This document shows positions 30,401 through 38,871 of a DNA stretch of 64,000 bases, in pieces. A model generated the notes under the pieces. That model saw only the letters and a list, made by a program, of their open reading frames with translations. It was not told where the DNA came from and did not search any database. Location of the stretch: the IMG/VR virus record IMGVR_UViG_3300012936_000001, positions 64,001 to 128,000 of that record. One strand, written 5' to 3'. The translations under genes and the position numbers were made by a program. The DNA is from a virus. How positions within the stretch are numbered: position 1 is the first letter of the stretch; each line of letters begins with the position of its first letter.

Positions 30401-30590
30401 AACAGGAACGACTATCGACGATATATATCGAGTCAACGGCGTAGAACATTCGTTTTCCCCCAATGACTTTAAGACACAGGTTCAAATGATTCCTGTGAGT
30501 CGGTCAGGAGAGTTCGTGTCCACCCAGTCTCAAATTACGCAAGCTATTAAGGAACTCGAGGATATAAAGCAAAAGTATAGCGATGAATAA
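27426..30590 (+). CDS. Baseplate hub protein (gp27/VgrG-like)
   Basis: LIEYGWS; C-terminal LSLEMFGCPLINFGQ...DIYRVNGVEHSFSPNDFKTQV. Position after the LysM gene. Confidence 0.65.
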   Translation: MMSRETNLELAIADLGRLLGVRTQHDLMRVLFRKATDKNFSDEQIALEQFDSKSEDTELTKIISALINITDGGMLISDFQEVWSSFLSKAEPEDAEKYVDSQMIPFTILSNGKNIQNVSEISPKEMSIFSNLEASSTPEKWNPSFGSVQFHNVALNFSNRYSSAATVFLSAIPTVELSRCVPYLDVKLITNTKTVDARAQQPPDANAISLFRFLYGKEPFRNEDSSSLINIKLINERLETDKYGPDGDLVGGEDSVKTTVESTAAGMEIFTSPQTLVNGDEAFYDLEPIDSTNADVHLNRKTPIIDKFRPFMTLNNFSLTVQPTFGTLSTKQGSMNITLHDRSRLAEISQLTSPGEFQNVEFLIEYGWSHPDSDSPYGKILNAFRTRQKFISIGSSYSFNPQGEVAIDIKLLTKGSNQFNYALVTDAKIQPLLEKMKNIIQIMNKLEKGVKSEYESELKDIMNGGEILGKLNSIEGMVSLSAKQISSLEKSILKLDKEINNANLDSLIKDLKDSVGLGDKSEPSTIKRYKSELERSISELMKDIENQPDPYLKAIDPSLGIVNTKTVNKVVGYEEVENPEWTKSQKVPGMEGKKRVGPRKIVDIPKYIKKAKREKQTIVLSSKYVSLGKLLYLFVASPLASKHLYDEIQFLFYPLNAYASFARNADVASFPILKSKFQELFRKRLERNPTITLGQFVGFINKYFFSNLASEVFGFGNIYERDQKTAAAKLRAKFKSKKAKRKAIDTKTDILTKAYGGTGQKPKFKKPALSLHMECVPASGDSERTIMRIHFFDKSTSSFESYADLWNSTKSSYLSGVQTTISNSVKNLKNIVESEDKKNAGNASMAISGHEQLMQSQLSKLDALGLFVPIDDQGKVAQSDSDLIGSTTLTTSKVKYYRLRGGPLGLRHYFARNMPTIKYGTEYSAILNASVSTQSDPAMQMVHMERQGRKENLPGSEVNDGLPLVTFPISLSLEMFGCPLINFGQQYFVDFQTGTTIDDIYRVNGVEHSFSPNDFKTQVQMIPVSRSGEFVSTQSQITQAIKELEDIKQKYSDE

Positions 30591-30626
30591 AATATAAAAT
30601 TGCGTTTTGCTTGTTACTATAGGTTC

Positions 30627-31667
30627 ATGATATCTATCTCAAAAAAAATTATTGGATCTGAACAGGACCTAGTATACGACAATGGCTTTAAATGGGGAAC
30701 CATCGAAGAGAATGATCTCTTAATTGGTCCCGGCAAATATTCTATTAGCCCGCTTCTAAGAATCTTTCAGGCTCCTGATTATTCTTTTATCGATAAAAAA
30801 TATATTACAATGGCCAAAGCTATGGGGCTATCCGATCCTAAATTTTACAAGATTATCGGTAAAAATCATATAAAAAATATAAGAAATACTTTAGAATTAC
30901 TTACTCCTACGATAAAAAAGATTCAAGAGTCTAGATATCTTAATGTGTATAAGAGAACCCAGGATTTTTTGTACTCTTTCGAAAAAGTAAAGGCTGACAG
31001 AACCAGATTCGCGTCACTTAAGGCAATGGGAACTAGATATGATGGCATTTCCTTTCGAGATGGCTACATTCATCCTCCACGATACCATCGTGATCGAACA
31101 AAGACAGGCAGATTGACAGTATCTTCAGGAATTCCTATACTTACGATGAAAAAAGAACACAGAAATGTAATGGAGGCTAAGCAGATAGACTACTCTTCTA
31201 TGGAACCTAGGTTCTTGTTGGCTTTGTCTGGCAAAAAAGTAGAAGGAGACCTTTACCAATGGGTCGCCGACCAATTAGACATAAAGAAAGATCGATCCTA
31301 TGCAAAGATAGCTGTTATATCGTCTATGTATGGCTCAAAAGTAGTGCCAGAAGTTACAGAACTATTTGGTCTTGATATATGGATACAGAAACTAGAAGAA
31401 TGCGTTACGGATGGAATTATAGAATCTTACTGGGGCAGACCTATAGTCGTTGGTGAATCAAAAGGGCATAAGCTTTTGGCACTATGGTTGCAGTCTACAG
31501 CTGCAGATGCAGCGCTTCTCGGATTCGCTAATTTATTTGAAGAAAGAAAAGATCTAATTCCTCATTGCGTTATTCATGATGCGTGCATATTTAATGGTAA
31601 CAATGTTCCAAAATATATTAATATAAATGAGAACATCAAGATGCCAATAGATTGCACGGAGCTATGA
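30627..31667 (+). CDS. Compact family-A DNA polymerase-like protein
   Basis: TKTGRL, motif A DYSSMEPR, motif B RSYAK.....MYG, LQSTAAD and motif C IHDA. No exonuclease domains. Confidence 0.75.
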   Translation: MISISKKIIGSEQDLVYDNGFKWGTIEENDLLIGPGKYSISPLLRIFQAPDYSFIDKKYITMAKAMGLSDPKFYKIIGKNHIKNIRNTLELLTPTIKKIQESRYLNVYKRTQDFLYSFEKVKADRTRFASLKAMGTRYDGISFRDGYIHPPRYHRDRTKTGRLTVSSGIPILTMKKEHRNVMEAKQIDYSSMEPRFLLALSGKKVEGDLYQWVADQLDIKKDRSYAKIAVISSMYGSKVVPEVTELFGLDIWIQKLEECVTDGIIESYWGRPIVVGESKGHKLLALWLQSTAADAALLGFANLFEERKDLIPHCVIHDACIFNGNNVPKYININENIKMPIDCTEL

Positions 31668-32270
31668 ATGAAATCATTGTGGGAACACATATTACTTGAA
31701 CAGGAAAAACAAGAAAAGACCTATCCGACGTATACAGCAAAGCCAGAATCGATTTGGCGAGGCATTAGATATAATTCTATAGACGGCGCCGTGGTTCAAA
31801 GAGAGCGATGTAACACTGATCCAGATGGGTTATTGAACGACCTTAAGGTTTCTGCAGGACAGAATAAAGAAGCGCTCAGCGAAACCGAAGTAATAGAGGA
31901 CTTGTACAAGATATATAATCAAGCAAATGAAAACAGCGTTTTATCAGACGTTGTTTTATCAACAGAACTTGTGCAAAATTCTTCTGGCACCAGAAAGGGA
32001 ATAAAAATTAGGTTTCAACCCCTTTGGAAAACACACTATCGAAGCGACAAAAAACCAAATGAAAAAAAATCAATGCAAGTTTGCTGTTTTTGGATGAAGT
32101 CCATCGCGGTTGCTTCTTTCAGATCTAAGAGAGTGCAAGCAAAGCGGTTTGTTGATAAAAAAACAGAAGCCGGAGTGTCCGAAGGTAACCTGAAGGTAGA
32201 AGTGGTCGAAGCGGACGATGTAATTATAGTGTACTTAGCGAGGAGAATCGAGCAGTGGGACGTCAGATAG
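31668..32270 (+). CDS. Hypothetical protein with MKSLWEHILLE leader
   Basis: 200-aa ORF with GGAG RBS. Confidence 0.7.
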   Translation: MKSLWEHILLEQEKQEKTYPTYTAKPESIWRGIRYNSIDGAVVQRERCNTDPDGLLNDLKVSAGQNKEALSETEVIEDLYKIYNQANENSVLSDVVLSTELVQNSSGTRKGIKIRFQPLWKTHYRSDKKPNEKKSMQVCCFWMKSIAVASFRSKRVQAKRFVDKKTEAGVSEGNLKVEVVEADDVIIVYLARRIEQWDVR

Positions 32271-32500
32271 AAAAAATTAGAAAAATTATAAGGCATATAA
32301 TAATGGAAGAGGTAGAAAAAGAGAAAGAAATCTTAGCCGAACCGGATATGTCTGAAGAAGAAGAAAGAAATTCTTCGGAAGAAATAGATGAGATGAGCCT
32401 TGCTGGAAATATTTCCGGACCGATGGCTCCACTTGGACTCGGCAGAGGAACAACTGGCGTTCCAGACTCAAGAGCTACAAAGAAAAAGAAAAGGAAGTAA
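32255..32500 (+). CDS. Small protein with IRKIIRHIIMEE leader
   Basis: GTG start after AGGAG; acidic middle and basic tail. Confidence 0.65.
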   Translation: MGRQIEKIRKIIRHIIMEEVEKEKEILAEPDMSEEEERNSSEEIDEMSLAGNISGPMAPLGLGRGTTGVPDSRATKKKKRK

Positions 32501-32502
32501 AA

Positions 32503-33192
32503 ATGGCATATCTTAATCACAACATTCCTGTGTTGACCTGTTATATTAGAAATGAATATCTTTTTAATCACACCAAAGGTCACGGGGATTTTACTCTTTG
32601 CGACGTACATTCTGTCGCCAGTTTAGAAAAAAGGTCCCCATTGTTTGAGGCTTTTTTAGAAAATGGCGTTAATTGGACTAGAAGGCCAATTACTGCTTTT
32701 TGCTGGAAAAAAGACGCCCCAATTAGACCTTTATGGGAACATATGTATTGGGATTGCTTTTCTCCATACATTGACGTACAAATAAGGCAGAGAATGGCCG
32801 GTCTGAGAGCCGAGCTTATCTTACCCTTCGGAGAACGACAAGAAGGCACATATCTTTTTTCTTTAGACTGGGGCTGGGAATCAAAAGCGGGTTTTACAGA
32901 CGTGAATTTTTCCGAAACACCAGAACATAAATGCGCGCATGTTTTTAAGATGGACGAAGGAAACTATTTTGCATATCCTAATAATAGAATAATATGGTAT
33001 GACGATGCCTGGACAAAGGATCGGATTAAAGGAAATCCAGGATATATTATTGATATGAACGTATACACCGTAGAAGGCGTGAGAAAACTCGAGACTGATT
33101 ATCAGTTTATGACAGAGTTCAAAAAAGCTGACCAAAAAGATTTTAAGGACGATTTCAAAAAAGAAGACGCTGATGAGAAAAAAAATACTTAA
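32503..33192 (+). CDS. Phage hypothetical protein
   Basis: 229 aa, aromatic-rich; YLNHNIP, WDCFS, PEHKCAHV and YPNNRI motifs. Function not recognised. Confidence 0.8.
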   Translation: MAYLNHNIPVLTCYIRNEYLFNHTKGHGDFTLCDVHSVASLEKRSPLFEAFLENGVNWTRRPITAFCWKKDAPIRPLWEHMYWDCFSPYIDVQIRQRMAGLRAELILPFGERQEGTYLFSLDWGWESKAGFTDVNFSETPEHKCAHVFKMDEGNYFAYPNNRIIWYDDAWTKDRIKGNPGYIIDMNVYTVEGVRKLETDYQFMTEFKKADQKDFKDDFKKEDADEKKNT

Positions 33193-34009
33193 GGAATGTA
33201 TTGTCCTTGCAAAGAAAAACAAGAATGGATGTTATCTTGCAAAAAATAGAGATAGAACATATAGTCCTACAACACAGGTTGTCCATGGAAACTATCCCTA
33301 TTTGGAGTACATAGTTCTTTCCGATACAGATACAGGATATTTTGAGGGAGTCAACGCAACAACAGGAATTGCCGCCTTAAATTCTGCGCTGTTGAATGGC
33401 GTTGATTTTGGAAAGTCCAAGTCACCCGAAGGTTACAGAATGCTAAAATCTTTACTTCATTCATCGACAATTGAGGAAATGATAGAAAAAATAACAAAAG
33501 AAAACAAAGTCTTTGGATGTACCGTTATAACAGATGGGCATGATATTTGCGTAGTAGAATCAGATAAAGATAATCATAAACACAAAATATACACTAATCC
33601 GGAAGAATATATTGTGCGTGCAAACCATGGAAAACTTCTGGGAAATGCAGGATATGAACCAAGTGAAGCTGATGATTATCTTTCCTCAAAAACAAGAGAA
33701 GCTGTGGGAGAGATAATTGTGCATAACTCGGAATGCATTGATGACGTCATGTCTAATTTTCTATATCCTTTTTTTGACAATATGGGAGCAATTAATCCAA
33801 CACGAAGTACAGATTACATGAGCACAACCTGTCAGCTAGGTATTGATATGGAGAAAAAAAGATTCTTAATTACTGATATTCCCGGAAAGCAGAAGTTTCT
33901 TGGTGTCAAGAAAATCGGTCCGTGGGAAAACAAACCGACTTGGAAAATTGAAGTTGTAGACTACAACAAGCCACTGCGTCCGTCTTTTAAATTCTGGGGA
34001 ACTCGATGA
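33173..34009 (+). CDS. Ntn-hydrolase (N-terminal Cys nucleophile; NRDE/TANGO2- or C45/C59-like)
   Basis: C9-IVLAK...LAKNRD, FEGVN..G and VRANH motifs. Confidence 0.65.
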   Translation: MRKKILKECIVLAKKNKNGCYLAKNRDRTYSPTTQVVHGNYPYLEYIVLSDTDTGYFEGVNATTGIAALNSALLNGVDFGKSKSPEGYRMLKSLLHSSTIEEMIEKITKENKVFGCTVITDGHDICVVESDKDNHKHKIYTNPEEYIVRANHGKLLGNAGYEPSEADDYLSSKTREAVGEIIVHNSECIDDVMSNFLYPFFDNMGAINPTRSTDYMSTTCQLGIDMEKKRFLITDIPGKQKFLGVKKIGPWENKPTWKIEVVDYNKPLRPSFKFWGTR

Positions 34010-34335
34010 AAAAATTTAGCTTACTGAAATATTTGAACCCATATAACGATTTTAACGATTTGTCTGGACTAGAATCTGATGAAGCAGAACGTCTGGATAA
34101 TACGAAAAATTCCAAGGTGTATAGACATGCTTCTGATTCTATAGAAGAAATGATAAGTTCTTTACAAGCTATCGAGGCTGCTCTTTTACGTGGCGATGTC
34201 GCGGCTACCTATGCTCTAGAAGACAAAGATCTTCATGATATAAAAAGAATACTAAAGAGATTGAAAAAAAGATACATGGGTTTGTTACAAATGAAAGTCG
34301 ATGTGTCTGCAAAAAATTATAAAAAAGATTTATAA
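34006..34335 (+). CDS. Hypothetical protein
   Basis: 109-aa helical ORF with an ATGA overlap. Confidence 0.65.
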   Translation: MKKFSLLKYLNPYNDFNDLSGLESDEAERLDNTKNSKVYRHASDSIEEMISSLQAIEAALLRGDVAATYALEDKDLHDIKRILKRLKKRYMGLLQMKVDVSAKNYKKDL

Positions 34336-34358
34336 ATATTTGATTGCCATACTATAAT
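34330..34358 (+). promoter_or_regulatory. Sigma70-like promoter TTATAA-N17-TATAAT
   Basis: Upstream of the SSB gene. Confidence 0.5.
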
Positions 34359-34420
34359 GTTCTTGTTCCGATAAAGGAACGTTGCATAAAACTAAACATT
34401 TGAACATTTGGAGAAAAGAT

Positions 34421-35203
34421 ATGGCTATCGATTTTGATGCAATCCGTAAAAAACTCAACCAGCTATCTGGTGCTAACTCAAAACGTAACTTGATGTGGCG
34501 ACCACCAGAAGGGGAAACTACAACCGTTCGAATCCTTGGATTCACTGACAACGACGGCAACCCTTTCAAAGAGCGTTGGTTCTATTACAATATTGGTAAC
34601 AACCCTGGCCTTCTTTCTCCTCATCAATTTGGTAAACCTGATCCGATTCAAGAGTTGATTCAAAAACTCAAATCAGAAGGAACCAAAGAATCATACGAAA
34701 TGGCAAAGAAGTTGTATCCTAAGATGCGTACTTATGCTGCTGTTATCGTCCGCGGTGAGGAGACTGAAGGAGTAAAGTTGTGGGCCTTTGGGAAGACAGT
34801 GTACCAAGCACTTCTGAACGTTATGCTGGATCCTGATTATGGAGACATCACTGATGTATACGAAGGACACGATATCAAGGTTACTTGTACAAAGCAAGCA
34901 GGTCGACAATGGGCAATGACAGATGTTATGCCTCGACCAAAGTCAACTCCCCTAGGAACAAAAAGCGAGATCAAAAACTGGCAGGATAATATCCCTGAAC
35001 TAGATGATCTCTATCAGCTCAAGTCCTATGATCAACTAGAAAACATTATCAATGCCTGGTTGAATGGAGATGAAGAAGCAGACGATACAAGCACAGGTTA
35101 TCAAAATACAGCAGCAAAGCAACCTCAAAAAAAGTCCAAGACTGAGTCGTTCGGTGATATCGATGATGCTTTCAAGGATCTTGAGGGTGATCTAGGCTAC
35201 TAA
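34421..35203 (+). CDS. Single-stranded DNA-binding protein (T4 gp32-like)
   Basis: WRP.EG...VRIL, PF.E.WF, VKLWAFGKTVY, DYGDITD..EG.D and an acidic C-terminal tail (DIDDAFKDL). Confidence 0.85.
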   Translation: MAIDFDAIRKKLNQLSGANSKRNLMWRPPEGETTTVRILGFTDNDGNPFKERWFYYNIGNNPGLLSPHQFGKPDPIQELIQKLKSEGTKESYEMAKKLYPKMRTYAAVIVRGEETEGVKLWAFGKTVYQALLNVMLDPDYGDITDVYEGHDIKVTCTKQAGRQWAMTDVMPRPKSTPLGTKSEIKNWQDNIPELDDLYQLKSYDQLENIINAWLNGDEEADDTSTGYQNTAAKQPQKKSKTESFGDIDDAFKDLEGDLGY

Positions 35204-35224
35204 AAATTGCCGATACTTATATCT

Positions 35225-35255
35225 AAGGAGTTGAATTTTTCAACTCCTTTTTTTT
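35225..35255 (+). terminator. Rho-independent terminator after SSB
   Basis: AAGGAGTTGAA-ttt-TTCAACTCCTT followed by a T run. Confidence 0.75.
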
Positions 35256-35282
35256 GTAAATAACAACGCATTCTAATATAAT
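35254..35282 (+). promoter_or_regulatory. Sigma70-like promoter TTGTAA-N17-TATAAT
   Basis: Upstream of recA. Confidence 0.65.
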
Positions 35283-35304
35283 AAAGCAGTACCAAGGAGG
35301 AAAT

Positions 35305-36495
35305 GTGCCAAAGAAAAAAGAAAGCGATTTTACCGCTGATTTAATAAAATCACTCAACAAAGACCATGGAGCAAGAATAGCATACAATCTTGCAGTCGAC
35401 GAATCTCCAACACATGTGAATCGTTGGATTAAAACAGGCTCTAAGCAATTAGACTGGATCGTAGCAGGAAAATCAGGTGGTGGATTACCTGAAGGAAGAA
35501 TAGTTGAAATCTTCGGGCCTCCTTCAATCGGAAAGTCACATATCGCCATACAGATTGCCAAGCATACGCAAGCGCTTGGAGGTATTGTTGTATATATTGA
35601 CACTGAAAACGCTACGTCTGTGGACAATCTTGGCCTACTGGGGGTTGACATCGAGAAGAGATTCGTCTATGTTGATACTCACTGCACGGAAGAGGTTCTC
35701 TCGATTGCGGAAAAGACAATCATCAAAGCAAAAGCAATGGAAAAAGACGTTCCTATTACAATCATTTGGGACTCTGTTGCTGCGACTTCTCCAAAGGCGG
35801 AATTACTTGGAGATTACGATAAAGAAACAATAGGACTTAATGCGAGGGTCATATCTAAGGGTATGCGCAAGATCACCGGCATTCTTGCCAACGAGAAGGT
35901 GTTGTTCATCTGTCTCAATCAAATTAGAACTAAAGTTGGAGTAATGTATGGCGATCCTACTACTACACCCGGGGGTAAGGCAATCCCTTTTCACTCATCT
36001 GTACGAATCAAATTGGGAGCAGGACAACAGATCAAAGACAAAAAAGGGAATATTGTCGGCATTAACGTTTCGGCGAAAACAATCAAAAACAAAGTAGCTC
36101 CTCCGTTTCGAACATGTCATTTCGAGATTCACTTTGGAAAAGGTATATTTGAACATGAACAATCATTTGATGTGCTTCGCAGATTCTGTAAAGAACATGG
36201 GCCTGTACAACACGATGGATTAGCTATGTCGATAGAAGGTACTGGAGCATGGAAGACGTTGACTGTCTGCAGCACAGAAACCGGAGAAGTTATTGAGGAA
36301 AAGAAGTTCTACAAGAATGATTTCAAAGATGTGTGGAACTCTCCCCAGTATAAACCTTATGTAGATAAAATATTTGACGCGGCTCATGCAGATTTGATGG
36401 GAAATCAAGAAGCTGTCGATATCAATTCTGAATCTTTTGAAGAAGTCAGAGCAGTAGCCATGATGATAGACGAGGACTCAATCGATGCAAAATGA
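35305..36495 (+). CDS. recA: RecA-family recombinase
   Basis: GGLPEGRIVEIFGPPSIGKS (Walker A), YIDTE, WDSVAA, NQIR, TPGGKA.PFHSSVR and KNKVAPPF motifs. Confidence 0.95.
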   Translation: MPKKKESDFTADLIKSLNKDHGARIAYNLAVDESPTHVNRWIKTGSKQLDWIVAGKSGGGLPEGRIVEIFGPPSIGKSHIAIQIAKHTQALGGIVVYIDTENATSVDNLGLLGVDIEKRFVYVDTHCTEEVLSIAEKTIIKAKAMEKDVPITIIWDSVAATSPKAELLGDYDKETIGLNARVISKGMRKITGILANEKVLFICLNQIRTKVGVMYGDPTTTPGGKAIPFHSSVRIKLGAGQQIKDKKGNIVGINVSAKTIKNKVAPPFRTCHFEIHFGKGIFEHEQSFDVLRRFCKEHGPVQHDGLAMSIEGTGAWKTLTVCSTETGEVIEEKKFYKNDFKDVWNSPQYKPYVDKIFDAAHADLMGNQEAVDINSESFEEVRAVAMMIDEDSIDAK

Positions 36496-37456
36496 AAATC
36501 CAATACTTTTGATAGATGCATATAATATATTTGCTCGAGCATACTGCGTAGTTCCTCTGATGTCATCTCATGGTTATCATCTAGGTGGAACTATCGGATT
36601 TATGAAATCCTTATCCAAATATATTGAAATGTTCAAGCCATCCCGCGTGATTGTCTGCTGGGAAGGTGGCGGATCCGCTAGGCGAAGACAAATTCTTCCG
36701 GAATATAAACTGAATAGAAAACCTATTAAGCTGAATAGATCCGACATATATGAAGACATACCGAATACACAAGAGAATTTTAACCATCAGGTTTCACTCT
36801 TGACTCAAATGCTAAAACATCTACCGGTTCAACAGGTCTATGTCGATCAATGTGAAGCAGACGATATCATTGGTTTCATATGCAGATATAAATTCAAGGG
36901 ACAGAAGAAAATGATAGTATCGATGGATCAAGATCTCCATCAGCTGATTTCTGCAGAGACTTTACAGTACTCTCCAGCATCGAAAAAAATTCTAGATGAA
37001 AATTATGTCCTGGGTAGATATGGAACATCTGTCGAAAATTTTATCACGGCAAGATGCTTTATTGGAGATGCATCTGATGGCATCTCAGGAATAAAAGGCT
37101 GCGGTTTCAAGTCACTTTTGAAACATTTTCCGGAATTAGGAAAATCGGATTTTATATCGGTAGACGACATAATTAGAATGAGCGAAGAGAGACAACGTCT
37201 AAAAAGGCCATTAAAAATTCTCTCGAGCATCATAGAAAACAAAGAAATACCAAAGAGAAACTGGCGGCTTATGTATCTTGATAATTCTAATCTTTCCTTT
37301 GAACATGTCAAAAACTTGGAATATAGTGTCAATGAATATAATCCAAAGAAAAATAAATTCGGTCTAGTAAAAGACCTGATACACGAAGGCATTGATATGC
37401 CTCGAGGCCTTGATGTTGATCGGCTCTTCATGAGAATGAACGCACATATAAAATAA
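36485..37456 (+). CDS. 5'-3' exonuclease/flap endonuclease (PolI N-terminal/T4 RNase H-like)
   Basis: LLIDAYN, RR...PEYK.NR, EADDII, SMDQDLHQL and GDASDGI.GI.G.G.K motifs. Confidence 0.9.
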   Translation: MQNENPILLIDAYNIFARAYCVVPLMSSHGYHLGGTIGFMKSLSKYIEMFKPSRVIVCWEGGGSARRRQILPEYKLNRKPIKLNRSDIYEDIPNTQENFNHQVSLLTQMLKHLPVQQVYVDQCEADDIIGFICRYKFKGQKKMIVSMDQDLHQLISAETLQYSPASKKILDENYVLGRYGTSVENFITARCFIGDASDGISGIKGCGFKSLLKHFPELGKSDFISVDDIIRMSEERQRLKRPLKILSSIIENKEIPKRNWRLMYLDNSNLSFEHVKNLEYSVNEYNPKKNKFGLVKDLIHEGIDMPRGLDVDRLFMRMNAHIK

Positions 37457-37467
37457 CAGGAGACTAC

Positions 37468-38871
37468 ATGGGACAACCAGCATTAAAGCCCATGGCTGCA
37501 CAACGCAACTTTAGCAGCTATGGCAAATTATTCCAAGAAAAAATATTTCAAGGTATGGCAACAGATAAAGATTGGGCACAACAAATGCACGAAGTAATGA
37601 GCCCCGACTATTTCGAACTCAAATACCTTCAGTATCTATGTCAGAAATATTTTGGCTACTATGATCAATACCGTTGTTTTCCCACTATGCAGCTCTTGAT
37701 TGGAATCGTGAGAGAAGATCTCAAGAAAGAAAAAAGCGATGAACTATTAAGAGATCAGATCGTTTCATTCTTGCAAAGAATGAGAATGAATCAAAATCCT
37801 GAAGATCTTCCTTATGTCAAAGATCAAGCGCTTCAGTTTTGTAAGAGACAAGCTTTCAAAGAAGCATTGGTCAAAGCAGTAGAATTAGTTCAAGGAGAAC
37901 AGTTCGAAGAAGTCGTCGATCTCATGAGAGGCGCAGTATCCGTAGGTATGCCACAATCTATTGGACACGAGTTTTTTGAAGACATGGAAGCAAGATTCCA
38001 AGACATACAGAGAATCACTACTCCAACTGGAATCCCAGAGCTTGATCACAAGGATGTTTTAGATGGCGGACTAGGCCGCGGAGAGCTTGGCGTTATAGTT
38101 GCGCCTACTGGTGTTGGTAAATCTCATTGGCTTGTGAACATGGGCGCTGAAGCAATTAAGCGTGGAAAGACAGTGGTTCATTATAGCTTTGAGTTATCAG
38201 AAACTCTTACTGGAAAAAGATACGATGCAAATATTACGGACATTCCAGTTTCAGACTTGATAGAAAGAAAAGAAGAGGTTATGAAACACTATGAAGATAA
38301 TGAGTACGGTAAATTAATTATCAAGTACTATCCGACAAGGACAGCTTCAGTAAATACTATTCGAAATCATTTGGAAAAATTAAAACTAAGAAATTATTGG
38401 CCATCTTTGGTGATAATAGATTATGCAGACGTTATGAGATCAACCAAGGCATACGACGCTTTACGACATGAGCTGCAATTGATATATGAAGAGCTGAGAC
38501 AAATGGCTGCAGACTTCAATGTGCCAGTCTGGACAGCGTCTCAATCGAATCGATCCGGAGCAAATGCAGACATGGTAGGTCTTGAAAACATGGGTGAATC
38601 ATACGGCAAGGCACAAGTGTCAGACTTTGTAATAGGTCTGAGTAGGAAACCAGAAGAAAAAGCGACAGGCTTTGGAAGACTATTTGTTGCAAAAAATAGA
38701 GCCGGCATGGACGGAATCAATATGCCGGTAAAAATTGATACTAGCAAATCTAAGTTCTCTGCCATACCGCAAGACGAATTAGAAACTTATGAAATGAACA
38801 CAAATCCAAAACAAAAAATGAAAGAACTATGGGAAAAAGTAAAACAATCAAAGGAAGATTTACATGACTAA
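37468..38871 (+). CDS. Replicative DnaB-family helicase (T4 gp41-like)
   Basis: APTGVGKS, SFEL, IIDYAD, WTASQSNR and KNRAG motifs. Confidence 0.92.
   Translation: MGQPALKPMAAQRNFSSYGKLFQEKIFQGMATDKDWAQQMHEVMSPDYFELKYLQYLCQKYFGYYDQYRCFPTMQLLIGIVREDLKKEKSDELLRDQIVSFLQRMRMNQNPEDLPYVKDQALQFCKRQAFKEALVKAVELVQGEQFEEVVDLMRGAVSVGMPQSIGHEFFEDMEARFQDIQRITTPTGIPELDHKDVLDGGLGRGELGVIVAPTGVGKSHWLVNMGAEAIKRGKTVVHYSFELSETLTGKRYDANITDIPVSDLIERKEEVMKHYEDNEYGKLIIKYYPTRTASVNTIRNHLEKLKLRNYWPSLVIIDYADVMRSTKAYDALRHELQLIYEELRQMAADFNVPVWTASQSNRSGANADMVGLENMGESYGKAQVSDFVIGLSRKPEEKATGFGRLFVAKNRAGMDGINMPVKIDTSKSKFSAIPQDELETYEMNTNPKQKMKELWEKVKQSKEDLHD

Noticed and set aside
9247-30590. Bacterial tailocin or extracellular contractile injection system
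   Set aside because: Contiguous with capsid, scaffold, neck and phage replication genes, so it is a phage tail.
35213-35220. ATACTTAT motif upstream of recA
   Set aside because: It lies immediately before a terminator hairpin and 92 nt from the next start, so it may be chance; not counted as a late promoter.
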